From positions 23,018,628-23,082,627 of the forward strand of contig OZ037767.1 of the NCBI GenBank assembly GCA_964035545.1: a stretch of 64,000 nt of DNA, written 5' to 3'. Under the pieces are notes generated by a model, which saw only the letters and a list, made by a program, of their open reading frames with translations, did no database searches and had not been told where the DNA came from. The stretch's first letter is position 1; each line of letters starts with the position of its first letter. The position numbers were made by a program, and so were the translations under genes. Positions 13,301 to 25,300 of the stretch are shown here, piece by piece. This DNA is from Bugula neritina. Taxonomy: Eukaryota; Animalia; Bryozoa.

Positions 13301-16300
13301 AGCAATCACTTGGAGTGTTTGAGAATATAGTCTGATCACTATCAGCATCACAGTCTTTCGTAGCAGATATAGTCTGGGAGACTGAAGGCAGTTGCTCAGT
13401 GAAACCTGCTTCAGTACGCGAATACAATAAATATTAATTCTAATAATTGTGTTTAGCAACAGCTACAGGCTCATTTCATACAATTTTAATTAGCATATCT
13501 CTAGCATATTCATTACAAGACTGTTGGTGACATGGGCAGAGAAAAACTTAAACTCAACAACTTATTTACCTTTCACTACCACGTTCTGATGGGGTGGCGG
13601 GATAAGCTCAACAACTTAATTTACTAAAAATGTAATGTAATTACTATAAATTGGTTGCTTAAATTTATGCAATGGCTGAATAATTCAAGTAACTAAAAAC
13701 TGATAACTATAGAGTAATTTAAAAGATCAACCTATTAGTGGTCTAGAAAAAGCCCACTATAAAAACAGACAAAACAAAGAACATGACTAATATTTGATAG
13801 TGCACCTCCGAAGAAATGGGCAAGTTTCAAGTTGGCAGCGAATAAAAGAGTAGCATGTGAAAAAGAAAGCTGAATAAAAATAGAACTTGAAATATAGCAT
13901 AGCTAACTATTATAATACTTACTGACTAACCTAGGTCTGTCCCTTCACCTTGGACATTACGTGGTTCATCTCTCTTCGGTCCTCTACCAGAGTTACTTTC
14001 AGTGCAGGCTATCATATCCTCATCCATGTCACTACTATCAGAAGAGTCAGGAGTGTCTGTAGCGCCATCAGTCTACAATGTACTCAATACATCAGAAACA
14101 TTTAGAAAGGTTTCACATGTCAGTTATATCCAAACTATTCATCAAAGTCCATGTGAATAAATGCTCACTCACCTGAGCCATGTGAAAATGTTCCAACTGC
14201 TTTCCTCCAGCTGAGCAGGTGCTAGGCTCTCCTTGTATCACAGTAGCTGGCAATCTGACAACCTGTTCATTGCCTCTTTGCAAGTGAGAAAACGGTGGTG
14301 CAATAACCTTAAAGTGTGCGTCTAAGTTGACGGTTTGTGGAGCAATGGAGCCAGTAGACTGTCTAGCATCACCTTGTGATGACCGCCGCTTTGTGCAGAG
14401 GTCAATTGGTTGATCAAAATCTTCCGGGAGTTTCCGTTTTACGGACAAATCAATAGGCTCATTAGAAAATCCAGATGGAAAAGAAGCCATGCAAGAAAGG
14501 GACCTTTTGCTTCTGACAGACAGATTGATAGGAGAGCTTTGCTCAAGAGCTAAATGAACAACAGCCTCAGACTGCTTCGCTTCTGAATAATTCCAACAAA
14601 CGTCATGCATTTGACTTCTACCTTGGGCAACAGGGGCTATCATGGTACACCGAGTGAAATTTATGACATCGTTTAATGGCTGTGTATAAAAACATTGAAG
14701 TTGGAATTCGGCTTTTGGTTGAAATGGGAAACGATGCATATTTGAAAAAAGTCTTTGAGAGATTACTTTTGACTCGGAATTATGACATCGTTGGAGAATA
14801 TTCTCTTCTGTAAGCACTGTAGCATAGCACATCGTAGATGCGGCGTTGGCATCAGACAAAACCATTTGAGAAGATTGTGCAGCAATAACATTTACCAAGG
14901 GTAAACTTTGGACTGAAGAAGGATTTATATTCGAGTCACAAACATTAGCTACTGAAGGAAGTCTATTTTTTCTGACAGAACTTAATTCACATAAAACATG
15001 CAAAGGAGTTATAGATGAGCATGTAGCATCAGCGCAATCTTTTAAAACACTTAATTGTGACTCTATTTGCATAACAGATGCTATGGTTGGAACAGGAGAG
15101 AACTTTCTAAGTCCTTCCTGTTGAATAACTTCAGTGGTGAAATTTTGCGCAGTGTCATGTGAGCTGAAAGAAAGAGAGGGTGCCCTCTTTACCATCTCAA
15201 GCAAGCTGAAAGATTCGTGAACTGCTACAGAATGAACTTGCTTAGAATCAAAAGAAGAGATGGGCATTTCTAAATGTCTTACAGTAACAGGTGGCAACAA
15301 CTCTGCTGCATAAAGCTCAACTTGATGAGAGTTTTCAGCAACTGACGTAATATTAGAAGCAATATGGCAGCTTTGCTGATCATCAGATTGCAAAATATCA
15401 AGAGCCTTTTCAATCTGCACTCGACTGCAAAGTATTTCAGTAGCTACCGGTTCAACTTGAACTATATTTGCATTAGAAACTGAAGTTGATGTGTCAAATG
15501 ATGTTTTAGTTAGATCTGGAAAACAGTATGTGGGTCGCCTAACTGATGAATCACAACTGTTACTCAAGCAGAACGGTTGATCTGCTGCAGGTGTAGCTAG
15601 ACGAACTGCTTCAAGGTTCAAGTTTGCAGTCATAGCAAAATGATCTGTTGTGAATTTAACATCTGGCATGTAAAACTCACTGTTGGAAGATAGTTTGGGT
15701 ACTGCTTTCATAGCTCTAGACATGATTGCTTCGCTTTCAGCTTTTATAAGCTCATCAACAACTGAAGCCGGAATTGATGAACACAAGAACTTACTTGACT
15801 TCACCAAAATTGGATAGATGTTTACCAGATTGACTTGCAGCCTTTTATTACATTCTATACCAAAATCGTTTGAAACACTAGCGGTAGTCAGCTGAGAAAA
15901 AGCAGAGGAACTATTTAGGTGCACGACAGGAGGTTTAAGCGTTTCTGTAGTGTCTTGAGATTGTTTACGGGTGACCCGCTGGCACAATCCAGGGTTAGTA
16001 GAATTGTTGAATGTAGATGATGAATGTTGTTGTCTAAATGTAAATTTAGCAGCTGGTGAAACAGCCTGCTGATCAGGTGGTAATTCTGATGCAACACCAA
16101 ATGCACTATTTTTATCAGGTTGGTATTTCGAGGGAACAAGAGTCGAGCTTTGAGAGTCTGAATTAGTTGATTGATTTTGTGACAGAAAAGGACGATATGA
16201 AGCTGGCAGGTTATGAGAGTTTGAAGAATCAACTAGACTAACTTTCCAGGTGTCACATATATCTTTCAGCGCAGGCGATTGTGACTGGTGAATAGCAATG

Positions 16301-19300
16301 TTCACTGAGAAAGAATTGCGAAGACATTGAGCCAATAGAGTTGTTCCTTCACTATCAGCAGTTCTATCTAAGTCACAGTCTAGACATGAGCACTTTTCTA
16401 AAGGTACCTTCCTAGGTGACAATGACCCTTCTGTCGTAGCATAACTTTCATCAGTCAAATGTGAGGAATCGCCAACATCAATGGTGGTTAATTTAAAAGA
16501 TGAAGAGTCTCCACATTCACTGCCAGACATAAAAGTAGCAGCTTGCAGAGCATGACTATATGAAAGTTGCCAATCATTGTTTGCATTTTCACAGTAAGAA
16601 TCACTTGCAGATAGAGAAAGTGATGAAGAAAAACAATGACGTTTAGCAGGGATATCTAACTCAGGCATAGCAAGGAACCGTTTTAAAATTAAATCCCGGT
16701 CTTCAGTGATTTCTTTAATGCTTTGCCTTGAACGCACATTACGCAATTTGGTTGTACGACTAATGGCAGCCTCTGTGATATCTTTCGGAGTATTATGTCT
16801 GATATTGGTTGTTAAAGTTGAAAGTTGAACACTGCAAGGTTTCAATATACTGGTGTGCACCAAATTAGAAAGTGGCTTAGTGTGAACTTTTGATTGGTTA
16901 ACCAGTTTGCTAGAGTTTCGAGTTTGAGGAAACACAGGTGGAAAACTTAGACCATGTCTGACAGAAGAATGTTCCAGATCTGCATGAGACTCAACTTGCT
17001 CCTCACTAGAGAGATTATCCGGTGAAGAAACTTGTGTGCTTATTACAGGAGGTAATGTTATTGGCAAAGTTTGTGGAGTGGTGCTAGGTGCAAAAATAAT
17101 AACCATATTGTTGTGTACAGGAGATGAGGTTGAATTTGATGTTGACTTGAGTGCAATAGATGGTGGCTTAGGAGCAATAGTTGGCGGCTTAGGCGCAATA
17201 GAAGCCGGTTTAGGGGCAATAGTCGTAGGCTTTGGTGAAATATGTATTGACTTTGGTGAGATCAACGATGTCTTTAAAGCAATAGATGTTGGGTTGGGAG
17301 AAATGGATGAAGGCTTAGGTGAAACTAGGGTGGTTGACATAGCGGTAACGGAGCACTCTGTCAAAGACTGCACTGACTGTAGAGTACTCTTTTGACGGTC
17401 ATCAGCATTAGACATACTCGAGGGCAAATAAGATGAAGTAGCAGCGATGGAAGATTTATTAGCAACAACTGATTGTTTTCTCAGTCTACCTGACGTTCTA
17501 GTTTCAGCAGTTTCTCTAACATTCATTCTTGTAGCTGGTGATGGCTTTGGTCTGTCTACACTAAAATATTTTGCAGATTTTATGGTGCGCTCTGATCTTG
17601 GTTTCACAAGCGCAGTATCAGCAACCAAACTAGATGACATACGTGAGCTTTTTTCATTACTAGATTGCCTTACACAAGTGTTTGTAAGCACAGAATCAGG
17701 CATAATTGCATTTGGTTTAACAGCTGGGGGAAGTGTTAAAGGTAAATTCACAGATGGTTTAACTGTTTTAGCACTTTTAATCGATATTTTGCGAGCATAG
17801 GAATCAGATTCATAAGAATACAGCCCCTCATATGACACTTCGACTGCCCGAACAGCATTGCACATAATGTTTGAACGTTTTTTAGATGATTTGGAAGACA
17901 CAGAGCGAGTATCTGAGTTTGTTTCACACTTCTCTACACTATCTCGTTGGACCAAAACAGATCTTCTCAATGTCAATGTGACTCTACCATCTTTTTCACT
18001 TGGAAGATGAGATGAACGCAAAATAAGCTCTTTTTCATGGTTTAACTCTGTTTTTACAGCTTCTGATTTTGGAGGAATTGATTCTGATTGGTGTTTCCTA
18101 GATCGAAGCATAATGCGCCGTGACTTTTGAAGCTGAGAGGTTTTTAAAGATAATTTGGCTGGTGCTAGTTTCTTATGCTTTGAAGAATTGCGGGTAGACA
18201 TATATTCATCATTGGTAGCGCGTTCAGATACGCTTTTAGCAGCATTGTCTGCTAGTGTAACACCATCTTCCAAGTCTGCTAAAAACCCTTTTAATAAAAT
18301 AGAGTGTTCATTTGACTTTACAATGTTGCCATCAGATGCTTGGGTGGTAGAGTTACTTCCAGCATCTAAAAATCGTGCAGGTACCCTCTTTAATCGCTCA
18401 GAGCGACTGTGGTGAACAGATACAACTTTATTTTTAACTTTTCTTTCAGCAGGCCTTGTTGATTTTAATTTTGTTTTTGGCAGCCGTCTTGTTGCCAACT
18501 TCCCTCGCTTACGGCGTTTATTAAGCTTATCTCGTCTAACAAGAGGGGGTAAATCAATAGGTAACTCTTCAAGTAAACGATCTGATGGTGCAACGCCCAA
18601 GACTTGACTCAACTGGCTCAGCTTATCAACAAATGACCTAGGCTTAGGCAAAACTGAATTTGGAGAATGAGAAGTATTGTCAATCTCCAAATGAAGTTCC
18701 TCGCTACCAGATGTTTTTGAACAAGGTCCGTCTAAACATTTACCGTTGTCAACAGTTTTACATTCAGTGTCTGCTATACTAAAGCCATTTACCTCTTGAA
18801 CACAGTGTTGTGGGCTTTCTAATTGGGTAGTTGATGCATTGTGTTTATTTGAGCTATTTGTCATGAGAGTCTCTTCCGACTTAAGCTCAAGTGGTGGTAG
18901 GCTTGCATTGGAACTTTGAAGATTAGCAGCAACTGTAGTTGAGTGATCACTAGACATTTCAGCGGAAATGAAGGTTGAAATTTCGTGAATATCTTGTAAT
19001 ATTGATTGAGTAGACATTGGTTCACTGGCAGGTTTAAATGCCATAGGCTGCTCAATAGCCTGCTGTTCAGCATGCATAGAATGAGGTACATTTCTTGAGC
19101 CATGTGGTCGCTTTGTAACTTTAGAGCCATGACGCTTTTTCTTTCTAAACAGTCCTTGTTGAACTGCTGGCTTTGCAGATAAAAAATGATTGGGTGAAGA
19201 ATGAACAGGTGCAATTGTATGCTCAGAACTGACGGTATCTTCTACTGAATGAGACAACAATGATGGTGAACATGAAGATAAATCAGAAGCGTTAGGACAC

Positions 19301-22300
19301 TTTGTTGCTGGAATAGTTGGTTCAGTTGGCACAGGTAATACTGTGCCTTTAAGAAAAGTGTCAGTTTGAGTGTTTATTTGATTAAGTTGAACAGAACTGG
19401 ACATAAAAGTTGCATTAAATGGTTGTCTGAGTTGTGCCTGTAAAAAATTTTGATACAAACTTGAAGTAGAAAGTTCAACATGTGCAATACCTTCTTGGTC
19501 GTTAGATGGCGACTTTGCTATGATATCTGACTTTCCAGAACTTTTTTCTGATATCCCCATGCTCAAACTTGGTGGAGTCGTATTACAGGGAAAACTTCCT
19601 GCAGGCAATTCGCCAGAGTCTGACATTGCTTGGGTTACAGCAGAACAAGGAAATGATTCGACTTTATTTTCCTGAGACAATTGCGGACCAGAGTTGGTTT
19701 TGCCGCTTACTTGACTATTTTGTTTTAACTGAGTTTTTTGTAAACACGTTTTTTCCGGTGGCAAAGTCTCAATTGAAACACTTTGGGAGTTTTGATGCAA
19801 GGTTTTAGTTTTAGGTTTTTTATTGTGCCTATGTCGTTTTCCAACTTTTTGCTTGGAATCAACAGTATATGAGTCTCGGCCTTTAGACCCAGGCTTGCCC
19901 AGTTGAAAAGATGGTGCTTCATAAACAGCAATGGGTTGGGGAAAAACACTTGTATTCTGAAGACAATTTTGAGCTGCATTGAAAGTGTCAGATTGAGAGG
20001 ACAGTGGAGGTTCAATCTCAGTTTTCTGAAAGCTTGCCTCAAGCAAAACAGAAGATGATTCAGTCTTTGGAGGCAATGGTAGACCTATAGTGGCTGCACA
20101 GCTAGGAAAGTGTGGATACTCACATGATAAATCAGGAACAGTTGTTACCAGTTTTGAAGCCAGTGTAGCTTGAGTAGTAATATTGTCTGAAAACAGTGTA
20201 GCACTTATATTCTTCTGTTTAGTTGAGTATTCTAAGCTGGGAACCTTACATTTCAGACCAGTTTGACGAGAAACAAGTGAAGTTGACGACTTTGCCAAAT
20301 CTAACTCACATGAGACTGATTTTGACAATGCCCTATTCAATTTTGAATTAGCTGAGTTTATAGTTCTCTGTCCGTCTGTATCTTCATTCTCATTAGCCAG
20401 CATTGTCAAATCAGACATCAGTCGGGGATTAAAGTTGGGGCTTGTCGGTAAAGATTTTGCTTGAGAAGATGGGAAAGGAGACTTTAGCGAAACTATTGGG
20501 GGTTCAGGTATGTTTGAAGGTGATTGTTCTATTGAATGAGGTGGAATTGTATGTAATGGGATTTTTATATTTAGAGGATTAGTCGGCGAGCTACTTTTCA
20601 AGGTGAATCTTCTTCCTTTCTTAGACAATTTCAATCTAGGAATGCAGCTCTCAGAAGCAGTGGAATTTTCTGCATAACTTGCATCATCATTCTGCATTTG
20701 CACTTCCCTGTGAGTTTCCACATTTTCCTGAGTTGGTTGAGCCTGTTTTGAAAAATTAGGCACATAGGTTAGTTCACTTTCTGTATCTTCATTGATAGTA
20801 GTATTAAGATTGCCCTCACACCTTTGCTTTTTGTCTTTATTAGATTTAGACTTTTTAGCTTTCTTCTTATGCGCCTTCTCCTTTACTTTTTTCTTTTTGT
20901 TCAACTTATCCTCGATTTTTAGAGTCAATGATTTAAAATTGAGAGTTATTTTTGGTTTATTTTCTTGGAGCTGTTTTCTATTTTCGAATACAGGAGAAAC
21001 TAATTCACTAGTATGACCAGCATTATACTGATTTCCAGATGTCCGCTTAATCTTCAACTTCAACGTACTTGCTTGCTGAGATACCGGAGGTGCACAAGTG
21101 TCTTCATTCACAGATGTGTTTCTTCTAATAGTGAACTTTAATGGGTTTGTGTTTTTACTGACTTGAAACGATGAATTTGTTTCAATCTAAAGCAAAATAG
21201 AAATATTAAAGTTCATACGATATATTTGTAAATAAGTAAATGTATATGCAAGTACAAGTAATGAATACTTCGGCAAAACCATTTTTAAATTCTTGATAGC
21301 CACTTTACCGTTTCCGACATTAGATGAGCATCATCTTCATATGTGTCATCTTCAGCACCATCCAATTGAGGAACAGAACTAGTTGAAACCAAAGGAAAAA
21401 ATTTAAGTTGCTATTTACAGTAATAAAAATATTAAATATTCTTTTTCTTGGGAACAATTATACAAATTGAAAGTGAAGACAAATACATTATTATCTATAA
21501 AAATACTCTAAAGATCCTACACTTACTTATCACAGCTTATGTCATCCTCAACTTCCCAAACTGGCTGAGCCATGATTGTTGTCTGTAAATCCTCATCACT
21601 GCTTTCATCGAAATAGCTGTTACGCTCATCATATAAATTGTCAAAAGTAGAGTTCACCTATGTAAAACAAGCAAATAGTAACATAACAACATAACTAGTA
21701 GCCAAGTTGTCAAACTATTATAATACGCCATACTAGTGACTATTTGACAGTGTCACAAAGCCATTAGAAATTATTCTCTTTTACCACTAACTGTAACAGC
21801 CTAAATGCTCCATACCAACAATCAGTATTATTGTACAACTAAAACACTTTCATGATATTGCAACACAATATTTAGCGACCAACCTGAATTAAATTTGTAC
21901 CATGCACCCAATCATCATCATCACTATCAAATATGATAGATGAACTATGTGTGGAGTTCACTTGTGATTGGCTACCACTGAATATTGAACTATTTTCTAA
22001 TTGGTCAAATGATGTGCTCTCAAAATGTGCTTTGTGATCCCGTTGACCCATGGGCTGTGATGCACTGTCTGTCTCTTTCACAGAAGATTGAGAGTTTTCA
22101 GCTGACTTTATTTGTGAGGCAGCTTTATTGTTTGAAGAAGAGCTTTGTTCTGGCCACTTCTTACCCCATTTATACAACGCCTTTGCAGATATGCGACTAC
22201 CTTGGCTAGTCCAGCTACCAGCTGATAAGACACTCATTGATCTAGAGAAATAACTCAGCAAGTTTATTACTAGTATACTAGCAAGATTGATACTAGTAAC

Positions 22301-25300
22301 TTCGTATAAAAATAGGTTGGATTCATTGAAAGCAAAATGTGTTCTCTAAAACACTTTAAAAAGTCATGCTGGGGCAGCTTATTACCTAAAATATTTACAA
22401 ACACTGAGATCTATGCTGTCTTTATGATGCTTTACAAAAAAATTATTAAAGCGAGGTAATTAGGATCTTCTAATAAGCAAGACAGGTGGAATATGGAAAG
22501 CATAAACAGAAATATACAAAGCAAGTATATTACATGTGAGCCTGCTGGCATTATTCTGAGTTTATCTATTTATCCAATATCAGTATTTAAGGCTGAGTTG
22601 GTGACCAGACTCCACCAAAATGGGTCACTTTCAAGACAAGCATCTAGTCACAACCTCTATTCAAGTACATTTCAGCTTCGAGTAAAAGTTGTCACACATA
22701 ACATGTGTAACTTCTACTTTTACACATGAATCAAAGGTTACCTGTGTTCTGATGAAGCACATAGAGTAGTGTCAGAAAGAGGACTGTAGGAAGGTAGTTG
22801 GGCCATGGTTGGAGTGGAGGAGACAGTTGTGTCTTGTTGATGCTGATTCTGAGGTGAGCTCAATGGAGAGTAGCTGAATGACTCATCCTTCCACGGATCA
22901 TCACCACCTTAAAATCAGAATAGTGTTATACTGCACAGTAGCATTAGATAGTATCTGGTATGATTTCATAACAAAACTTACACAAACAGCAACAGCAGAA
23001 CCATAAAATCGTTGATTTATAAAAAGTCAGTCAACATAAAATTTTACAACTGAAGAACTTGAAACAAAATCACTCAACAAATTAAACACACTTCAGTTCC
23101 TAGGAATATCAAAACACAAAATGTTGGGTGAGATTGTTGAGCCGCAAGCATAGACCAAACCTCTTTGTGGTGAAACTCGTGGTGAGTAACTAATATACTC
23201 CTCATCTTTTGTAGAATCATCATCAGACAAATGTTCCGCCAACAGTGCAGCCAGCTCTTGGCAACTCACTACAGAAAAGGAGAGAATAAAAACTTTAGTA
23301 GTACAATATTTAGATGACAGTGTTTAGTTAATAATACATAGGAACTACAGAGTGGAATAGATATATTACTCTGTATAGTCAGAACTGCATAGAAACTGTG
23401 CAATATAATAGTAGACCAAGTGGCTAAACAATATGACATAGAACAGCAAAGCCTGTAAAAGACTTAATATATATTTCGTGATTTTAGACATCTAAAATAA
23501 ATTTGCTTCAACTAGCTACACAATAGTAGAATTTATTTCAGGTAAAATTAAAGTAATATTATCAAAATAAAACAATTGTCAACTTTTGGAAAACACAAAC
23601 TCTGCCTAACAAGCTGGTCCGGCTACAAGAAAACAATAGGCACTATCTGCAAGCAGAGAATGCTCTCTACTATGTTGACATACATTTCTCTGCAGCCTGT
23701 GTAAGATTGGCACTGAAATTCAGCACGTGATTTATAGACTCCTGATTCACTTCCCCTTGAGAACAGACAGAACTGAGATTCAATGAAGAGTCACCGGGAG
23801 TGCTGGGAACTGCAAAACTCTGTTGATCTTCTTCTGTACAACTGAAACCGCATATATATATAAAACAGAGTATTAGAGTACAGCATTAGAACTGTACAAC
23901 TGAAACATAGTAGTAGAGTACAGCATTGGAGTACAGCATTAGAACTGTGCTACTGAGCAATAGGCATGGATAACAATTTTATAATACACAAACTAATATA
24001 ATTAAAATGGAACCAGTTTTAAAGAAAATTATGTTGAAAGCACTCATATCAATATAAACAGTGATATTGACAATCTTTTGTTTTTGCTACAAGAAGATAG
24101 TAGTCAGAAAACGAATTCTAGCATGTAAAAAGATAGCCACTTTTAGCCCATGGCACTTACATGTCGAGTGCATCTACCATATCAATAAACCTCTGGTACC
24201 ACACTTCACTGACACCAGCATCAGGTGGGTCTTTTCTCTCTACATGAAAACATTGGAATACATACATTGGAATAGATACAGCAATGAAGATGGGAATTAT
24301 TATAGAGCAGGGAGCACCCAAACAAGAAAATGAATTGCTAGTTAAAGCTTAAAATGAAGCTGTATGACAATGACATGACCAAAGCCTTGTTGAGTTAAAC
24401 ACGCAGCTTTTCTAAAGTGAATACACTGTTTGTGTAAAAGCAACAGCAGACCTTGTGAGTTAGGTGCATCTAATTTCACTTCGCCATCTAGACCATTAGC
24501 TTGCAGTCTTTTCTTTTCATCTTCCCAGAGAGCAAGTAATCCGGGATTTGTCCCCACATGATCTGTCGGATAATATAGTCTTGTAAAAAAGCTCACGGAA
24601 GTTTATAGTCGCTATCCCTGTGAGAAAACCCCTGATGGAAGGAGTTTTTGTTAAAGCTAAGGCCTTATTTAAAATTAGGCACAGGAGCAATTATGCCTGG
24701 ATGCTCTTCCTAACATCACCAATGATCTTTACTGGGGTCCGAACCCATGACCTCGTGATTACTAGGCAAACGTTCTAACCCCTAGACCACGGCTGCTCCC
24801 TTAATATAGTCTTGTAAAGTCACAGATAGAAGACAATGGCTTGAAGATGATAGAGTGTGACTGAGGAGAGAGTGTTAGAGTGCTATAAGTAGAATAATTA
24901 TATAAAAATGAATATGTGGGATATCTGAAACAAACAACCCTGAAAGGCGTCACATTTCAAGGTTTTTAAGAATATCTAATAAGAATTCTTATGTTGGATC
25001 AACACAACCTCAGAAACTCACAGAAAGATCGATATGTTGTTTGCAGCGCAATACAGCATGCCTTCACATTACATTCACTTTATAATTAGCCTAATTGAAA
25101 AATTGAGGCGAACGAAAATAGACCTGCAATTTTGTATTCAAACACAAGAAATTCATTTACAAATATCATTAAAGTTAGAGACATATTTCACTCTGATAAG
25201 TTCAACGTATATCTTATAATTATATTTGAAGCATAAGAAGTAGAGCATTGCAGCATTAGTTTCATCTACCAAGATTAGTCATAATCCAGAGCATAACAAA

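Noticed and set aside
13570-13614. Possible 45-nt phase-1 micro-exon of REV3L (VVELIPPPHQNVVVK)
   Set aside because: Plausible donor but weak acceptor, and the frame is intact without it; left out pending RNA evidence
15915-21016. Short overlapping ORFs on both strands inside the giant exon
   Set aside because: Alternative-frame or antisense shadows with no independent coding signal
14113-21111. The 2,332-aa ORF as a stand-alone single-exon gene
   Set aside because: Its 'start' is a GTG, and it has a good acceptor at 21186 and donor at 14173 in phase with REV3L exons on both sides
24730-24800. tRNA gene
   Set aside because: The tRNA-like head is degenerate, continues into a shared non-tRNA body and is flanked by a TSD, so it is a SINE
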